A stretch of DNA of 64,000 nucleotides from Trueperaceae bacterium (GTDB lineage Bacteria; Deinococcota; Deinococci; Deinococcales; Trueperaceae), in the NCBI GenBank assembly GCA_965213925.1, contig OZ243927.1:1856001-1920000 (forward strand), given 5' to 3'. Positions within the stretch are counted from its first letter, which is position 1, and each line of letters opens with the position of its first letter. Shown one piece after another: positions 40,589 through 50,453 of this stretch. The notes under the pieces were generated by a model. The model saw only the letters and a list, made by a program, of their open reading frames with translations. It was not told the origin of the DNA and ran no database searches. The translations under genes were made by a program, and so were the position numbers.

Positions 40589-41431
40589 CTAGAGGTCGGA
40601 GAGTAAAGTGCGTAGACTCGAGCCCGCCCTCTCCCCTGCTTCTCGTGCGCTCATCGCGTCGAAGTCGTCCGAAAAGAGTTCGATTCCTACCGAGGATAAC
40701 CCATCTATCTCGTTCAAAATCTTTAAGGCTGATTCTAAAGCGAAATCGCCCTCACCGGGCGGCAAGCGGTAATGCAGCAAATCCTCGCTCAGTGAGCCAC
40801 CTCGAATTTCAGCCTTGGCGTCCGCAACCTGCACACGGTAGATGCGCTCGCCGGGGACCGTCTGGAGTAGGTCGTCATCTGGGTCACTGCGAAAATAGTG
40901 CCACATATCGAAGACCAAACCGCCGTTAGGCTTGTCGGCCTCCTTGACGATCTCCCAAGCGGTGGCGAGTGAGTCGATGCTCGAGGTCGGCATGAACTCC
41001 AAGTGCACCTGCCAGCCGTTCTGCGCCGCCTTATCACAGATAGTTGCGAAGCTCTCCACCAAAGCATCTTTAGGAAACTCGTTCATGAAGGGCTCAATGA
41101 CGCTCATTGATTCAATGCCTAAGACCTCACCCATACGGAAGAAGTCACCTTCATCAACATCTAAGAATGCTAGGTCGTCCTCATTTAGACCGTCCGGTGG
41201 ATTCCAAGAAGGTGTCCACTTCGTAAAGGGGTCTAAAACCGTGACCTTGAGACCGCTCTCGTCCATCATGGCACGCATGTCTTTCACGGAAGTACCCTTC
41301 TCGGTGAACATCTTGTAGTCAAGCGGAAACAGTGACATGGTCTTAAAGCCGCCCGCTTGCGCTGCCTCGATGCGCTCTTTGAAACTCTTGTTTCTGACTG
41401 TCGCTGCCCAAAGCATAAGGTCTCGGTTCAT
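40589..41431 (-). CDS. Sugar phosphate isomerase/epimerase (xylose isomerase-like TIM barrel)
   Basis: LEFMP, FDMWH, QVAD, RLPPGEG and IELF motifs. Confidence 0.88.
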   Translation of the reverse strand: MNRDLMLWAATVRNKSFKERIEAAQAGGFKTMSLFPLDYKMFTEKGTSVKDMRAMMDESGLKVTVLDPFTKWTPSWNPPDGLNEDDLAFLDVDEGDFFRMGEVLGIESMSVIEPFMNEFPKDALVESFATICDKAAQNGWQVHLEFMPTSSIDSLATAWEIVKEADKPNGGLVFDMWHYFRSDPDDDLLQTVPGERIYRVQVADAKAEIRGGSLSEDLLHYRLPPGEGDFALESALKILNEIDGLSSVGIELFSDDFDAMSAREAGERAGSSLRTLLSDL

Positions 41432-41441
41432 GGTGCTCCTC

Positions 41442-42374
41442 TCAGCTGCTATTGGTATTTAGGAAGGTGCGTAGGCGCTCGAGCAGAGCTTCGGCTTGCG
41501 TTTCGGGCACCCAATGACCTGTGTTTGGAAAGATCGTGACCTCTACGTCGCTAGCCACCGAATTCGCCAACGCCTCGAGGATGGGGCCGCTGCTATTCGC
41601 ACCCCCTACCGCTAAAACAGGCATGTCCAAAGGCGTTTCGGAGAAGGTGAGGTTGTCCTCTGCGTCTTGTGCGAAGGCGCGGTAGTAGCCGAGCGTCGCG
41701 GAGAAGCGGTCCATATCGCTGTAGGCCGCCAAGGTGTTTTCAAAGATGCGTTCGGGTAGCGCGTCCGGCTCGAACGCCTGTTCGCGTAAAAACTCTTGCA
41801 GGAAGTAATCTTCTTGCCCCTCAATGAGCGTTTCAGGAACCTCGTCTTGCTGGAAGAAGCCGAAGTGCCAGGCGAGCAACCTTATCTGTGTCCAAGAGGG
41901 CTCAATTCCAGGTAATGGTACATCAACAAAGGTATAGGTGCGCGTGCTCTCTGGATAGTCATTTGCGAAAGCGTAGCCAACCATGCCGCCGATGTCGTGC
42001 CCAACGTAATGGATGGGAGCGAGGTCTAAAGCTAAGACTAGCTCGTGGATGTCGGCGGCTAAGGTACGCTTGTCGTAGCCTCTCTCCGCGATTTCTGACG
42101 CGCCTGCGCCGCGCAGGTCTACGGCGATAACGGTGTAGTCCTCGGCGAGCGTGGGCATAATCTCTTCCCACTCACGCCAAGTCTGCGGCCAGCCGTGCAC
42201 GAGCACGACGGGGTCCCCCTCGCCGCCGATAACATAGTGCATCTCTATACCGTTGACGGTGACGGTTTCGCTCGAAAACACATCATTAGGTAGCTCGCTG
42301 ACACCGCCCGACTCTTGAGCTAAAGTTGTGCTAAGCAGCGATGTTACAAAAACACCAATAAAAAATAGCCTCAT
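41442..42374 (-). CDS. Secreted alpha/beta hydrolase (epoxide hydrolase/dehalogenase-like)
   Basis: Signal peptide; HGWP, DLRGAG, GHDIGG (Asp nucleophile) and GHW motifs. Confidence 0.9.
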   Translation of the reverse strand: MRLFFIGVFVTSLLSTTLAQESGGVSELPNDVFSSETVTVNGIEMHYVIGGEGDPVVLVHGWPQTWREWEEIMPTLAEDYTVIAVDLRGAGASEIAERGYDKRTLAADIHELVLALDLAPIHYVGHDIGGMVGYAFANDYPESTRTYTFVDVPLPGIEPSWTQIRLLAWHFGFFQQDEVPETLIEGQEDYFLQEFLREQAFEPDALPERIFENTLAAYSDMDRFSATLGYYRAFAQDAEDNLTFSETPLDMPVLAVGGANSSGPILEALANSVASDVEVTIFPNTGHWVPETQAEALLERLRTFLNTNSS

Positions 42375-42425
42375 AAAGCCTCCCTAACCGTGGAGAATGA
42401 CACGGCATCTTTTAGGGTAGACGCT

Positions 42426-43262
42426 CTAGCGGCGTGCGTCTTGAACGTTTTGGACGTTCAGGCTTGGGCTGGGCGAGTTGAGCAGGCTCGGCGTGAACTC
42501 GAGGTAGCGTCTAAAGGCCCGCGTCAGGTGTGCTTGATCGGCGAAGCCAACCTCTAAAGCGGCTTGGGAGATAGGTATACCTTTAAGGATGAGTACCTTG
42601 GCACGCTCGAGCCGCAAAAGTGTTTGATAGCGGTGCGGCGGCACACCCACATGAGCGCGAAAGGCTTTGCGCAGATAGTCCCAGTTCATCTGCGTGACGC
42701 TCCCTAGTGTTTCCAATGACACGTTTTTATTCAAATTTGCCGCCAAATACGCTTTGACCTCACGCACGGCGTGGGGTTCATGACCTATAGGGCGCGGACG
42801 CACATCTATATCGGCGTGACGCTCTAAAAGGAGCGAGAGGGCGTCTACGGTTTGTGCTTGGGCCTCGAGCGTCGAGACGCCCTGCTGCAACTCTGTGAAA
42901 AGAGATATAAAGGGCTTCAAAAGGTCAGGTGCACCCAGCTTAGGAAAGTGGAACGCAGATATCGGTTTGTCCGCCACTGCGCTGCCGACACACCGCAAGG
43001 CGCACGGCTCGATATAGAGAAAGGTGCGGCGCAACCAACCCGCCTCTCCTATGAGGTAGCCCGCATGAGGTTCGCCCGAATCGAAGACAATAAGCTCGTC
43101 TTGAAGCGCCTGGTACGCACCCCGGTAGAAAGCGCGAGCCTTGCCACCCGCAAGCATTCCTATCTCGTAGGCAGCGTGAGCGTGTCCGCTGCCATAGCTG
43201 CTAGGTATGATGCGACTATTCAGAGTCATACCCTCTAAGAGCTGAATAGTCGTGGACACCAT
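42426..43262 (-). CDS. AraC-family transcriptional regulator
   Basis: Cupin HAH motif; C-terminal ALEVGFADQAHLTRAF. Confidence 0.92.
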   Translation of the reverse strand: MVSTTIQLLEGMTLNSRIIPSSYGSGHAHAAYEIGMLAGGKARAFYRGAYQALQDELIVFDSGEPHAGYLIGEAGWLRRTFLYIEPCALRCVGSAVADKPISAFHFPKLGAPDLLKPFISLFTELQQGVSTLEAQAQTVDALSLLLERHADIDVRPRPIGHEPHAVREVKAYLAANLNKNVSLETLGSVTQMNWDYLRKAFRAHVGVPPHRYQTLLRLERAKVLILKGIPISQAALEVGFADQAHLTRAFRRYLEFTPSLLNSPSPSLNVQNVQDARR

Positions 43263-43415
43263 AAGGTTATTAAAGCGCTTAGCGAAGGTATATTCAACCC
43301 CTGCTCAACATACTCAGTTTTGCCCCGTCGTCACCTGCACACGCTCAATTCTCCCTCGATTTACGGCCTAATATTAGGCTTGACTTTTGAACATGGCTGA
43401 AAGCTGGGCTCAACT

Positions 43416-44387
43416 TTAAGAATCCGGCAGCCGCTCTGGGTGCTTTTTCTGCCAGTACCTCTTTAGACCCATCACCGTCATCGCGTCGTTCGAGGTGACG
43501 CGGTGGCGCTCCATGACCGCTTCGGAGGCGTTGTCGGCCTCTAATTCTTCGCGCGATAGTTGCGCTAGGCGAGACTCGAGCGCCTCGTCCGCTTCGCCCG
43601 CTCGCAGCCCCGCCAGAACCTCTTGCGCCCACGCCGCGTTCTTCTCCCCCACCTCATCCAAGTGCGCATCGACCTCTCTCACCTCGCCGAAATGCGTCAA
43701 GAGAAGCCGCTCCGCCCCCGCTTGGCGGATGACCTGGAGCGTATCTTCCCACGCCTCTAGATCCACCTCGGGTGGCGGTAACGCAGGGCGCACGACGCCC
43801 GAGCCGGGCAGTTTAATCGCCGCCGCGTCGCCCGTGAACATCGCGCGTTTCTCCATCAGATACGCCACGTGATGCGAGGCGTGACCGGGCGTGTAGAACA
43901 CGTCGAAGCGCTTTCCCGCCGCTTGAAAGGTCTCGCCGTCGCGCACGACGCGCAACAGCTCTTGCGGTAGAGGTTCCATCTCGCCCCAGAGCGTCTCCAT
44001 TTTGTCGCCGTAGATGCGCTTAGCGCTCTTCATCAAGCGGCTGGGATCCAAGAGGTGCGGCGCACCGTTTTCGTGGACGTAGACCTCGGCGTTATAGCGC
44101 CTCGCGAGCGTGCCCGCCGCGCCCGCGTGGTCGAGGTGGATGTGGGTGACCATGACGCTAGAGAGACCCTCCGGCTCGAAGCCCGCCTCGCGAATCGCGG
44201 CTTCCAAATGGTCCAGCGTCGAACCGGGTCCGCTCTCGACCAAGGCGAAGCTGCCCCCCGGTCCTGGCACGAGGTACGCGCCTACCGTCCCTTGATAGTC
44301 CATGTGCCGCGTGTCGAGTAAAAAGACGCTATCTAGCGCCTGGGCGAGGGGCATATTCACGCCGCTCTGATCCATATTTTGACTCAT
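43416..44387 (-). CDS. MBL-fold metallohydrolase
   Basis: THIHLDHAG, PGHASHH, TGDAA and THFG motifs; start at 44387 coupled to the upstream stop. Confidence 0.9.
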   Translation of the reverse strand: MSQNMDQSGVNMPLAQALDSVFLLDTRHMDYQGTVGAYLVPGPGGSFALVESGPGSTLDHLEAAIREAGFEPEGLSSVMVTHIHLDHAGAAGTLARRYNAEVYVHENGAPHLLDPSRLMKSAKRIYGDKMETLWGEMEPLPQELLRVVRDGETFQAAGKRFDVFYTPGHASHHVAYLMEKRAMFTGDAAAIKLPGSGVVRPALPPPEVDLEAWEDTLQVIRQAGAERLLLTHFGEVREVDAHLDEVGEKNAAWAQEVLAGLRAGEADEALESRLAQLSREELEADNASEAVMERHRVTSNDAMTVMGLKRYWQKKHPERLPDS

Positions 44388-45145
44388 CTTGCCTCCACCC
44401 GGTTTCTCAGCGTGCCGACGCCTTCGACGCTGACTTCGATCTCGTCCCCGATTCTCAGAGGTCCGACCCCGTCGGGCGTGCCCGTCAGCACCACGTCCCC
44501 CGGCTCCAAGGTCATGAACGTGCTGATATAGGCGAGTATTTGCGGAACCGAGAAGATGAGGTCCGAGGTGCTGCCGTCTTGCTTTAACTCGCCGTTGACG
44601 CGCGTCTGCACGCTCAGGTTGCTCGTGTCCAAATCCGTTTCCAACCACGGTCCGAGCGGACAGAACCCGTCGGCGGACTTGCCCCGCGTCCACTGCAGGT
44701 CGCTCCGCTGCTTATCCCTCGCGGTCACGTCTACGGCGCAAGTGTAGCCGAGAACGTGAGAGAGGGCGTCCCCCTCCGCGACGTTTTTCATGCGCTTGCC
44801 GACGACGACGGCGAGTTCGCCTTCGTAGTGCAAGTTTTCCGTCCAGGAGGGATAAGGCACCACGTCCCCTGGGCCTGAGAGCGTGTTGAGCGCCTTGAGA
44901 AAAAGCCCCGGCTCGCTCGGCAACTGCCCCTCGTCGCCGCCCATTTCTTTGATGTGCTTGGCATAATTCTTACCGACACAAACGATGCTACGCGGCTCGC
45001 AAGGCGCGAGAAGCGTCACGTCGGATAAGTCCGCGCCTTCACTGCTACGCTCGCCCGTCATGCTTTTCAAAGAGTGAACGTGTCCGCCCTCTAACTCGCC
45101 CCAGTGCACGCCCTTAGAATCCCTATACTTCACACGCTTCAACAC
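44384..45145 (-). CDS. Fumarylacetoacetate hydrolase family protein
   Basis: VGKNYAKH, HYEGELA, DVTARD, GKSADGFCPLGP and LTGTPDG motifs. Confidence 0.93.
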   Translation of the reverse strand: MLKRVKYRDSKGVHWGELEGGHVHSLKSMTGERSSEGADLSDVTLLAPCEPRSIVCVGKNYAKHIKEMGGDEGQLPSEPGLFLKALNTLSGPGDVVPYPSWTENLHYEGELAVVVGKRMKNVAEGDALSHVLGYTCAVDVTARDKQRSDLQWTRGKSADGFCPLGPWLETDLDTSNLSVQTRVNGELKQDGSTSDLIFSVPQILAYISTFMTLEPGDVVLTGTPDGVGPLRIGDEIEVSVEGVGTLRNRVEAR

Positions 45146-45285
45146 GTCACCTCTTCCAGGTCCTATCATCTGCCGACATTAAATACGAGCATCTTACCCG
45201 GTGGGCTGACATTGTACCCTCTAACCTATCTGTACCTTCCAACCTATCTCGCCACGCCCGACCCTCCCCCTCATCAAGACGTGTC

Positions 45286-46491
45286 ATGCTTAGGCACGTG
45301 AGTAAGCTGCGCATCTTCTTCGCAACGATCGCCGCTGGCGGCGGGCACGTGGCGACGGCGCGGGCGATGGCGCAGGCGGTCGAGGCGACCTATCCGGGCG
45401 AGTTCGAGGTCGAGATGTCGGACTACATGCTCGAGCTAGGTCGGCGTCACCCTGGCGTTCGCACCTTCGACGCGCGGCATAAGGCGCTTTGGAAAGCTAT
45501 CCTCGCGCGCCCGCACCTCGCGCGCTACGGTCAGCGCCTGCTCGACGCTGCGCCGAGGCTTACCTACGCTGCGCACAGGCGGCTGCTGCGCTCTTTCGCG
45601 GCGGTCGTCGCGGAGGATATGAAGGCGCGAGCGCGAGGTCACGCGCCCGCGCTCGTCGTCACGAATCATCCCTTTCTCACCGTGAGCTTCACCCTGGCGC
45701 AACAGGCGAGGGGCTTTCCCGATGTTCCCGTCGTTCACTTCGCCACCGAACCCCTCGACGCGAGCGCGCTCTGGCGCGAGCCTCACGCGGAGCGCGTCGC
45801 GGTGCCGTCCAGAGCGGCGCTCCGCGACCTGCGGCGCATGGGCGTTGCGGAAGATAAGCTCGACCTGGTCGGCTATCCGGTGCAGCAACCTTTCTTACAC
45901 GCGCCTAGCCAAGCCGAAGCGCGCTGCCATCTAGGGCTCAGCGACACCTTTACCTGCCTCGTCTCGCTCGGCAGCGAGGGCGTAGGTAGGGGCGCTGAGC
46001 GGACGGTGCGGGCGCTTTTGGAGCTGGGCGTGCAAGTTGTCGCCGTCACAGGACACAACGAGAGGTTGAGGGCGAGGTTGGAAGCGAGCACGTCCGGCCA
46101 CATCAACTTTACCGTCAGAGGCTTTGTGGACAACATGGCGCAGTATCTCGCTGCTTGCGACCTCATGGTCGGCAAAGCCGGACCCGCCTCGGTGATGGAG
46201 GCGCTCGCGGTCGGTCGCCCCGTTCTGGTGACGCGCTACGCAGGTCTCAACGAGCGCAAGCTCGTCCACTTCCTGAGCGAGCGACGCTTGGGCGCATATG
46301 CGCCCGATATCAAGCGCTTGACCCAGGAGGTCTCGAGCTACCGAAGCGCCCCCGAACGCTTGTGTGAGGTCCGTAGGCGCAGCGCGGCGCTCGGCCTTGC
46401 GGAGATGACCGAGCAGTTGGCGCGCTACTTGGCACGCGCAGCCACACACGGCTTGCCGGAGGCGAGGTTCGAGGGACGAGGGCTGGAGTAA
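45286..46491 (+). CDS. MGDG synthase/UgtP-like glycosyltransferase (GT28)
   Basis: GGGH N-terminal motif; GYPV, GFVDNM and GKAGP motifs. Confidence 0.85.
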   Translation: MLRHVSKLRIFFATIAAGGGHVATARAMAQAVEATYPGEFEVEMSDYMLELGRRHPGVRTFDARHKALWKAILARPHLARYGQRLLDAAPRLTYAAHRRLLRSFAAVVAEDMKARARGHAPALVVTNHPFLTVSFTLAQQARGFPDVPVVHFATEPLDASALWREPHAERVAVPSRAALRDLRRMGVAEDKLDLVGYPVQQPFLHAPSQAEARCHLGLSDTFTCLVSLGSEGVGRGAERTVRALLELGVQVVAVTGHNERLRARLEASTSGHINFTVRGFVDNMAQYLAACDLMVGKAGPASVMEALAVGRPVLVTRYAGLNERKLVHFLSERRLGAYAPDIKRLTQEVSSYRSAPERLCEVRRRSAALGLAEMTEQLARYLARAATHGLPEARFEGRGLE

Positions 46492-46632
46492 GAGGGCAGA
46501 AGGAGGCGTGTCGTCTCTACGTTTCAGTCGATGTGTTCCTCGTGAGTTCTATAAGTACTTTGGGACGCCGTTCACCGCTTATTGCCGGCATTTCGTCGGC
46601 TTAGCAGCTTTTGGAACGGTTGGAAAACAGGT

Positions 46633-47028
46633 CTAGCGATCGGAATCTGCATATCTTCTCGCTTCGTCCACCGAGTCGGGCGGGTCGATTCTCCACCCTC
46701 GTCCGGTGAGCGTGACCCGGCCCTTGTCGCCCGGACGTGCGCCCGCTAAGCCGTTCGCGCTCAGCACGTCGTAAAGCCGCCCTGTCTTGAGCGAGACCCA
46801 CTCTTGCCGCGCCGGGGTCACCGTTTTGCAGACGACCTCGATAGGCGTAGCTCTTTCGGTCGGGCGAGGTTTCGGCGCGTCTGGCTCGAGCGGCAACGCC
46901 GGGGGCTGAGGCTGCGCCCAACGCACGAGCAAAAAGGCGGCGAGTCCGGCTGAGAGCCCCCACAGCGCGTCTTGCGTGCCGACTAAAACAGCGACGCCGA
47001 CGCCGATGCCGACGAGCCAAACGGTCAC
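46633..47028 (-). CDS. Hypothetical membrane protein (start uncertain)
   Basis: Two TM segments followed by a Pro-rich linker; downstream of nfo. Confidence 0.55.
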   Translation of the reverse strand: MTVWLVGIGVGVAVLVGTQDALWGLSAGLAAFLLVRWAQPQPPALPLEPDAPKPRPTERATPIEVVCKTVTPARQEWVSLKTGRLYDVLSANGLAGARPGDKGRVTLTGRGWRIDPPDSVDEARRYADSDR

Positions 47029-47049
47029 GAGGCGTCCATGATGAGCGCG

Positions 47050-47901
47050 CTACGGGTTGCGTAGCGCACGGCGGAGGTTGTCCAGGTCGCGCTTATGACC
47101 GAGGTTGTCTGCGCCTAAAGGGGTCTCGAGCACCAGCGGTACACCCTCTAAGCGAGCGTCGCTCGCCAAGCTGACGAACGCCGCCATGCCGATAGGTCCC
47201 GCGCCTAAGTTCGCGTGGCGGTCTCTGCGCGAGCCGAGCGCGTGCTGCGAGTCGTTGAGGTGGACGCAGGCCAGGTCGTCCCAGCCGACGGTCTCGCCTA
47301 GTTCGTTCATAACCCCGTCATAGTTGTTTTTCAGGTCGTAGCCAGCGGCGAAAGCGTGACAGGTGTCGAAGCAGACCCCTAAGCGTTCACGCCTCTCCAC
47401 GTGCGCCCTTATCCAGGCGAGGTGCTCGAAGCGGCTGCCTAAGACGGTGCCCTGCCCGGCGGTGTTCTCGAGCAGCACCTTCACCTCCAGCTCTGGCTCC
47501 GCGCTAAAGACCTCATCCAACGACTCGACAACCGCCGCTAGCCCGGCTTCTTCGCCGCGCCCCATGTGCGCGCCCGGATGCAGCACCAAGCCGCGGACGC
47601 CGAGCAGGTGGCAGCGCGCCAGTTCGTCACCGAGGGCGCTCAAAGATTTCTGCAAGGTCTCAGGGTTCGCCGCCGCCAAGTTGATGAGGTACGACGCGTG
47701 CGCGACAATGGGCAAGCACCCCTGCGCGGCGTGTTGCGCTCTAAAACGGGCGACTTCAGCGGACGCTAAGGGCTTCGCCTGCCAGCGGCTCGCGTTCTTG
47801 ACGAAGAGCTGCAGGGCGTCGCACCCCAACGCCGCCGCGTTGCCGAGCGCCTTGGAAACGCCGCCCGCAGCGGAGACGTGTGCGCCGAGGAGAGGTGCCA
47901 T
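47050..47901 (-). CDS. nfo: Endonuclease IV
   Basis: GAHVS, HASYLINLA, HPG, ENTAGQG, DTCHAFAAG, HLNDS, DRH and LETP motifs. Confidence 0.96.
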   Translation of the reverse strand: MAPLLGAHVSAAGGVSKALGNAAALGCDALQLFVKNASRWQAKPLASAEVARFRAQHAAQGCLPIVAHASYLINLAAANPETLQKSLSALGDELARCHLLGVRGLVLHPGAHMGRGEEAGLAAVVESLDEVFSAEPELEVKVLLENTAGQGTVLGSRFEHLAWIRAHVERRERLGVCFDTCHAFAAGYDLKNNYDGVMNELGETVGWDDLACVHLNDSQHALGSRRDRHANLGAGPIGMAAFVSLASDARLEGVPLVLETPLGADNLGHKRDLDNLRRALRNP

Positions 47902-47979
47902 CCGTCAATCTAACCATATCGGGCGCGGGTTGTTTTTGCGGTCGCGAACGAATGAGGCGTGTTAGAACGTCGACTGAGT

Positions 47980-48174
47980 AGTACACTGTTAGCTAAAAAA
48001 TAAAGCATGTCATTCTGAATGTAACGAAGTGGAGCCCCCTTTCGGGGATGAACGATGAAAGAATCTCTGCATTCGCCTTCTCCCCTATGAGAGAGCGAAG
48101 GACGAGACCCCTCGACTTCGCTGTGCTCCGCTCGGGGTGACAACAGTGCTACAAAACTTAATTAACAGTGTAGT
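47980..48174 (-). repeat. REP/MITE-like element, family B copy 3 (inverted)
   Basis: TACACTGTTA...TAACAGTGTA outer IR; TGTCATTCTGA...AGAATCTC...GAGACCC...GGGTGACA core. Confidence 0.88.
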
Positions 48175-48334
48175 AGCTCGAGAAAAGTAGAGAACACAAA
48201 ACCCTCCCTTTCTCCTTCTCTCCTCACGACGCTCTCCCCGCCAATTCTTTGTCGCCCAGCACAGACCTAGTATCTTCAACCCTGTAACGGAAACCTCACG
48301 TCCCTCGCGCAAGGAGGCTGCTAGACTTGGCGCT

Positions 48335-49330
48335 ATGCCGCAGTTTCGCAAAGACCCTTTTGGCTCTGCTTGGGTCATTATTTCGCCGGAGCGCGGGCTC
48401 TTGCCCTCGGACTTCGGGAGCGCAAAACATGAGAGTGCGCCCTGTTCGCTCTGCCCAGGTCATGAAAGGGGTAAAACGGTGCGGACGCTCGCGCCGAGCG
48501 CGTCGTCTGCTGCCGGGGCGCAGTGGCAGATGCGCGTGTCCGAAAACCCCGCCGCGCTCCTCTCGCCGGGCCGCTTTCAGGTGGGCGGTGGTGACCTTTT
48601 CACCTACGCTTCGGGCGTGGGCTACCAAGAACTCATCACCGAGCATCCGCAACATGACATGCGCTTGGAGAGGATGCCGCCCGCGCACCTCATCGACCTC
48701 CTGAAGCTCTACCGGGACCGAATCGGGCACCTCTCGAGCCGACCCGACATCAAACACGTCCAGCTTTCGCGTAACGTCGGACGCTCGGCGGGCGCGCTCT
48801 ATGACCACGCGCACGCGCAGGTGTTGGCGCTGCCCGTCACGAACCGCTGGGTCGACGAGGAGCACGCCGCCGCGACACGTCACTTCGACGCGCAGCGCCG
48901 CTGCTTATTCTGCGACGTGATTCAAGCTGAACGCGCCGAGCGGAGCCGCCTCATCAGCTCGAACCAGCACTTCGTCGCGCTCGCCCCTTACGCCTCGAAG
49001 ACGCCCTTCGAGGTGTGGCTCTTGCCCAGGGAGCACAGCGCGTCGTTTGCAGATTTAGCGAGCAACACTTTGTCTCTTTTAGCAGACCTGCTACAATCAG
49101 TTGTCAAAGCTATGAATACCGCTCTCAACGACCCGCCTTATAACATGATTCTGCACGCTTTGCCGGCGCAGTCTGAGAGCTACCACTGGCACATCGAAAT
49201 CTTGCCGCGCTTGACTGCGCAGGCGGGTTTCGACTGGGGCAGCGGCTTCTACATTAACCCGACGCCGCCCGAAGACGCCGCACGCTTTCTCAAAGAGGCC
49301 CTGGCGTTGCAAGGGACCATGCATGTGTAG
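48335..49330 (+). CDS. galT: Galactose-1-phosphate uridylyltransferase-like protein
   Basis: CSLCPGHE, HAHAQ (HxHxQ), YHWHIEILPRL and INPTPPE motifs. Confidence 0.82.
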   Translation: MPQFRKDPFGSAWVIISPERGLLPSDFGSAKHESAPCSLCPGHERGKTVRTLAPSASSAAGAQWQMRVSENPAALLSPGRFQVGGGDLFTYASGVGYQELITEHPQHDMRLERMPPAHLIDLLKLYRDRIGHLSSRPDIKHVQLSRNVGRSAGALYDHAHAQVLALPVTNRWVDEEHAAATRHFDAQRRCLFCDVIQAERAERSRLISSNQHFVALAPYASKTPFEVWLLPREHSASFADLASNTLSLLADLLQSVVKAMNTALNDPPYNMILHALPAQSESYHWHIEILPRLTAQAGFDWGSGFYINPTPPEDAARFLKEALALQGTMHV

Positions 49331-49411
49331 GGGCAGGCATGTGTAGGGGCGTGTATAGTGTATACAGCTACTATGCATTAGCCGTTTCACTTATTGTTGC
49401 TGCACTTCTCC

Positions 49412-49508
49412 GCAGATATCATCACTTGAAGTGCGTGCTAGGCAATGTTCTTTTCAGTGAGAGTGTTGCTTCGCATGACTTCGTCCAAGCTGACCAGATG
49501 ATACCTGC
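49412..49508. repeat. Mini inverted-repeat element, family C copy 3
   Basis: GCAGATATCATC...GATGATACCTGC ends. Confidence 0.6.
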
Positions 49509-49526
49509 TATATATAGGGGGCAAAG

Positions 49527-49886
49527 ATGAGCGTTCGTTCACTAGGGCGCAAGGGCAAAAGAGCGAATAGGGGCGCGAACCTGCTCTTTTTGGTCATCGC
49601 GGTGGTCGGCTGCATTCACGCGCTCGCCATGCTCACTCTGGAGATAAGCCGCTCCGTCTACACGGAGCGCGAGGTCGCGCGCTTAGAGCGCGATATCGCG
49701 GCGCTAGAACTCGAGGCTACGAACCTAGAAAACGTCATCGCCCATAAAAACGACCCCGCCTACCGCGAGCAGCTCGCGCGGCTCCAGGGGTTTATCTACG
49801 CCGACGAGTCACGTTACGTCACCGTTTCTGCATCGACCGCGCCCGCAGTAGACACGGAAGAGACGTCTCCTAACACCTCCAACTAA
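49527..49886 (+). CDS. Septum formation initiator (FtsB/DivIC-like)
   Basis: Single TM segment, coiled coil, DPAYREQLARLQGF motif. Confidence 0.75.
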   Translation: MSVRSLGRKGKRANRGANLLFLVIAVVGCIHALAMLTLEISRSVYTEREVARLERDIAALELEATNLENVIAHKNDPAYREQLARLQGFIYADESRYVTVSASTAPAVDTEETSPNTSN

Positions 49887-49954
49887 AACACTTCAGAGCA
49901 AAACGCTGTGCACGCCACCGAAGCTTGCTCTCGCTTGCTGCTTGAACGAGTCTG

Positions 49955-50290
49955 TTAAAGGGCTAAATGTTCACGAAGCCGCGCATCTATCTCCTCCATA
50001 ACATCTGAGGATAGATGGCCGAGCACATGCTCGATGCGGCTTACGCTCATGTGGCGAAGCAGGTGAGGCTGCGTTTTAGAGTCGTAGTCCAAACCGCTAA
50101 GGTGAACGCGCAAGAGCATTTCGTGCGGGTAGATGCGGCTTAGATGAGTGGTGAGGGGAACAACCGTAACGACGTGCATGGCTGAGTTCGCGATGTTGTT
50201 GCTGACGACAATAGCCGGACGCTTCGAGGCCGCCTCGAAGTGTCTGGCGGGATCAAAATCTATGAGGGCGATTTCCGTCCCTACCTTCAC
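49955..50290 (-). CDS. PemK/MazF-family endoribonuclease toxin (no adjacent antitoxin seen)
   Basis: DFDP..EAASKRPAIVVSN and VVPLT motifs; start approximate. Confidence 0.85.
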   Translation of the reverse strand: MKVGTEIALIDFDPARHFEAASKRPAIVVSNNIANSAMHVVTVVPLTTHLSRIYPHEMLLRVHLSGLDYDSKTQPHLLRHMSVSRIEHVLGHLSSDVMEEIDARLREHLAL

Positions 50291-50453
50291 CCGCCTAAGG
50301 GTTGGAGGTGTTTGAAGACGTTTCTTCGCTTGACCCCTCGTTACCACCTTGTGGTTTGGAAGACAGCACGATGTTTATTCCTTTCTTGCTTGTTAGGCTC
50401 ACGTGGCACATTCGGTTTACACCTACTCGGACGAACATAAGTGAGGAGCAAAC

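Noticed and set aside
47902..47979. Radiation-desiccation response motif (RDRM) upstream of nfo or other genes
   Set aside because: No convincing 17-bp palindrome found by eye
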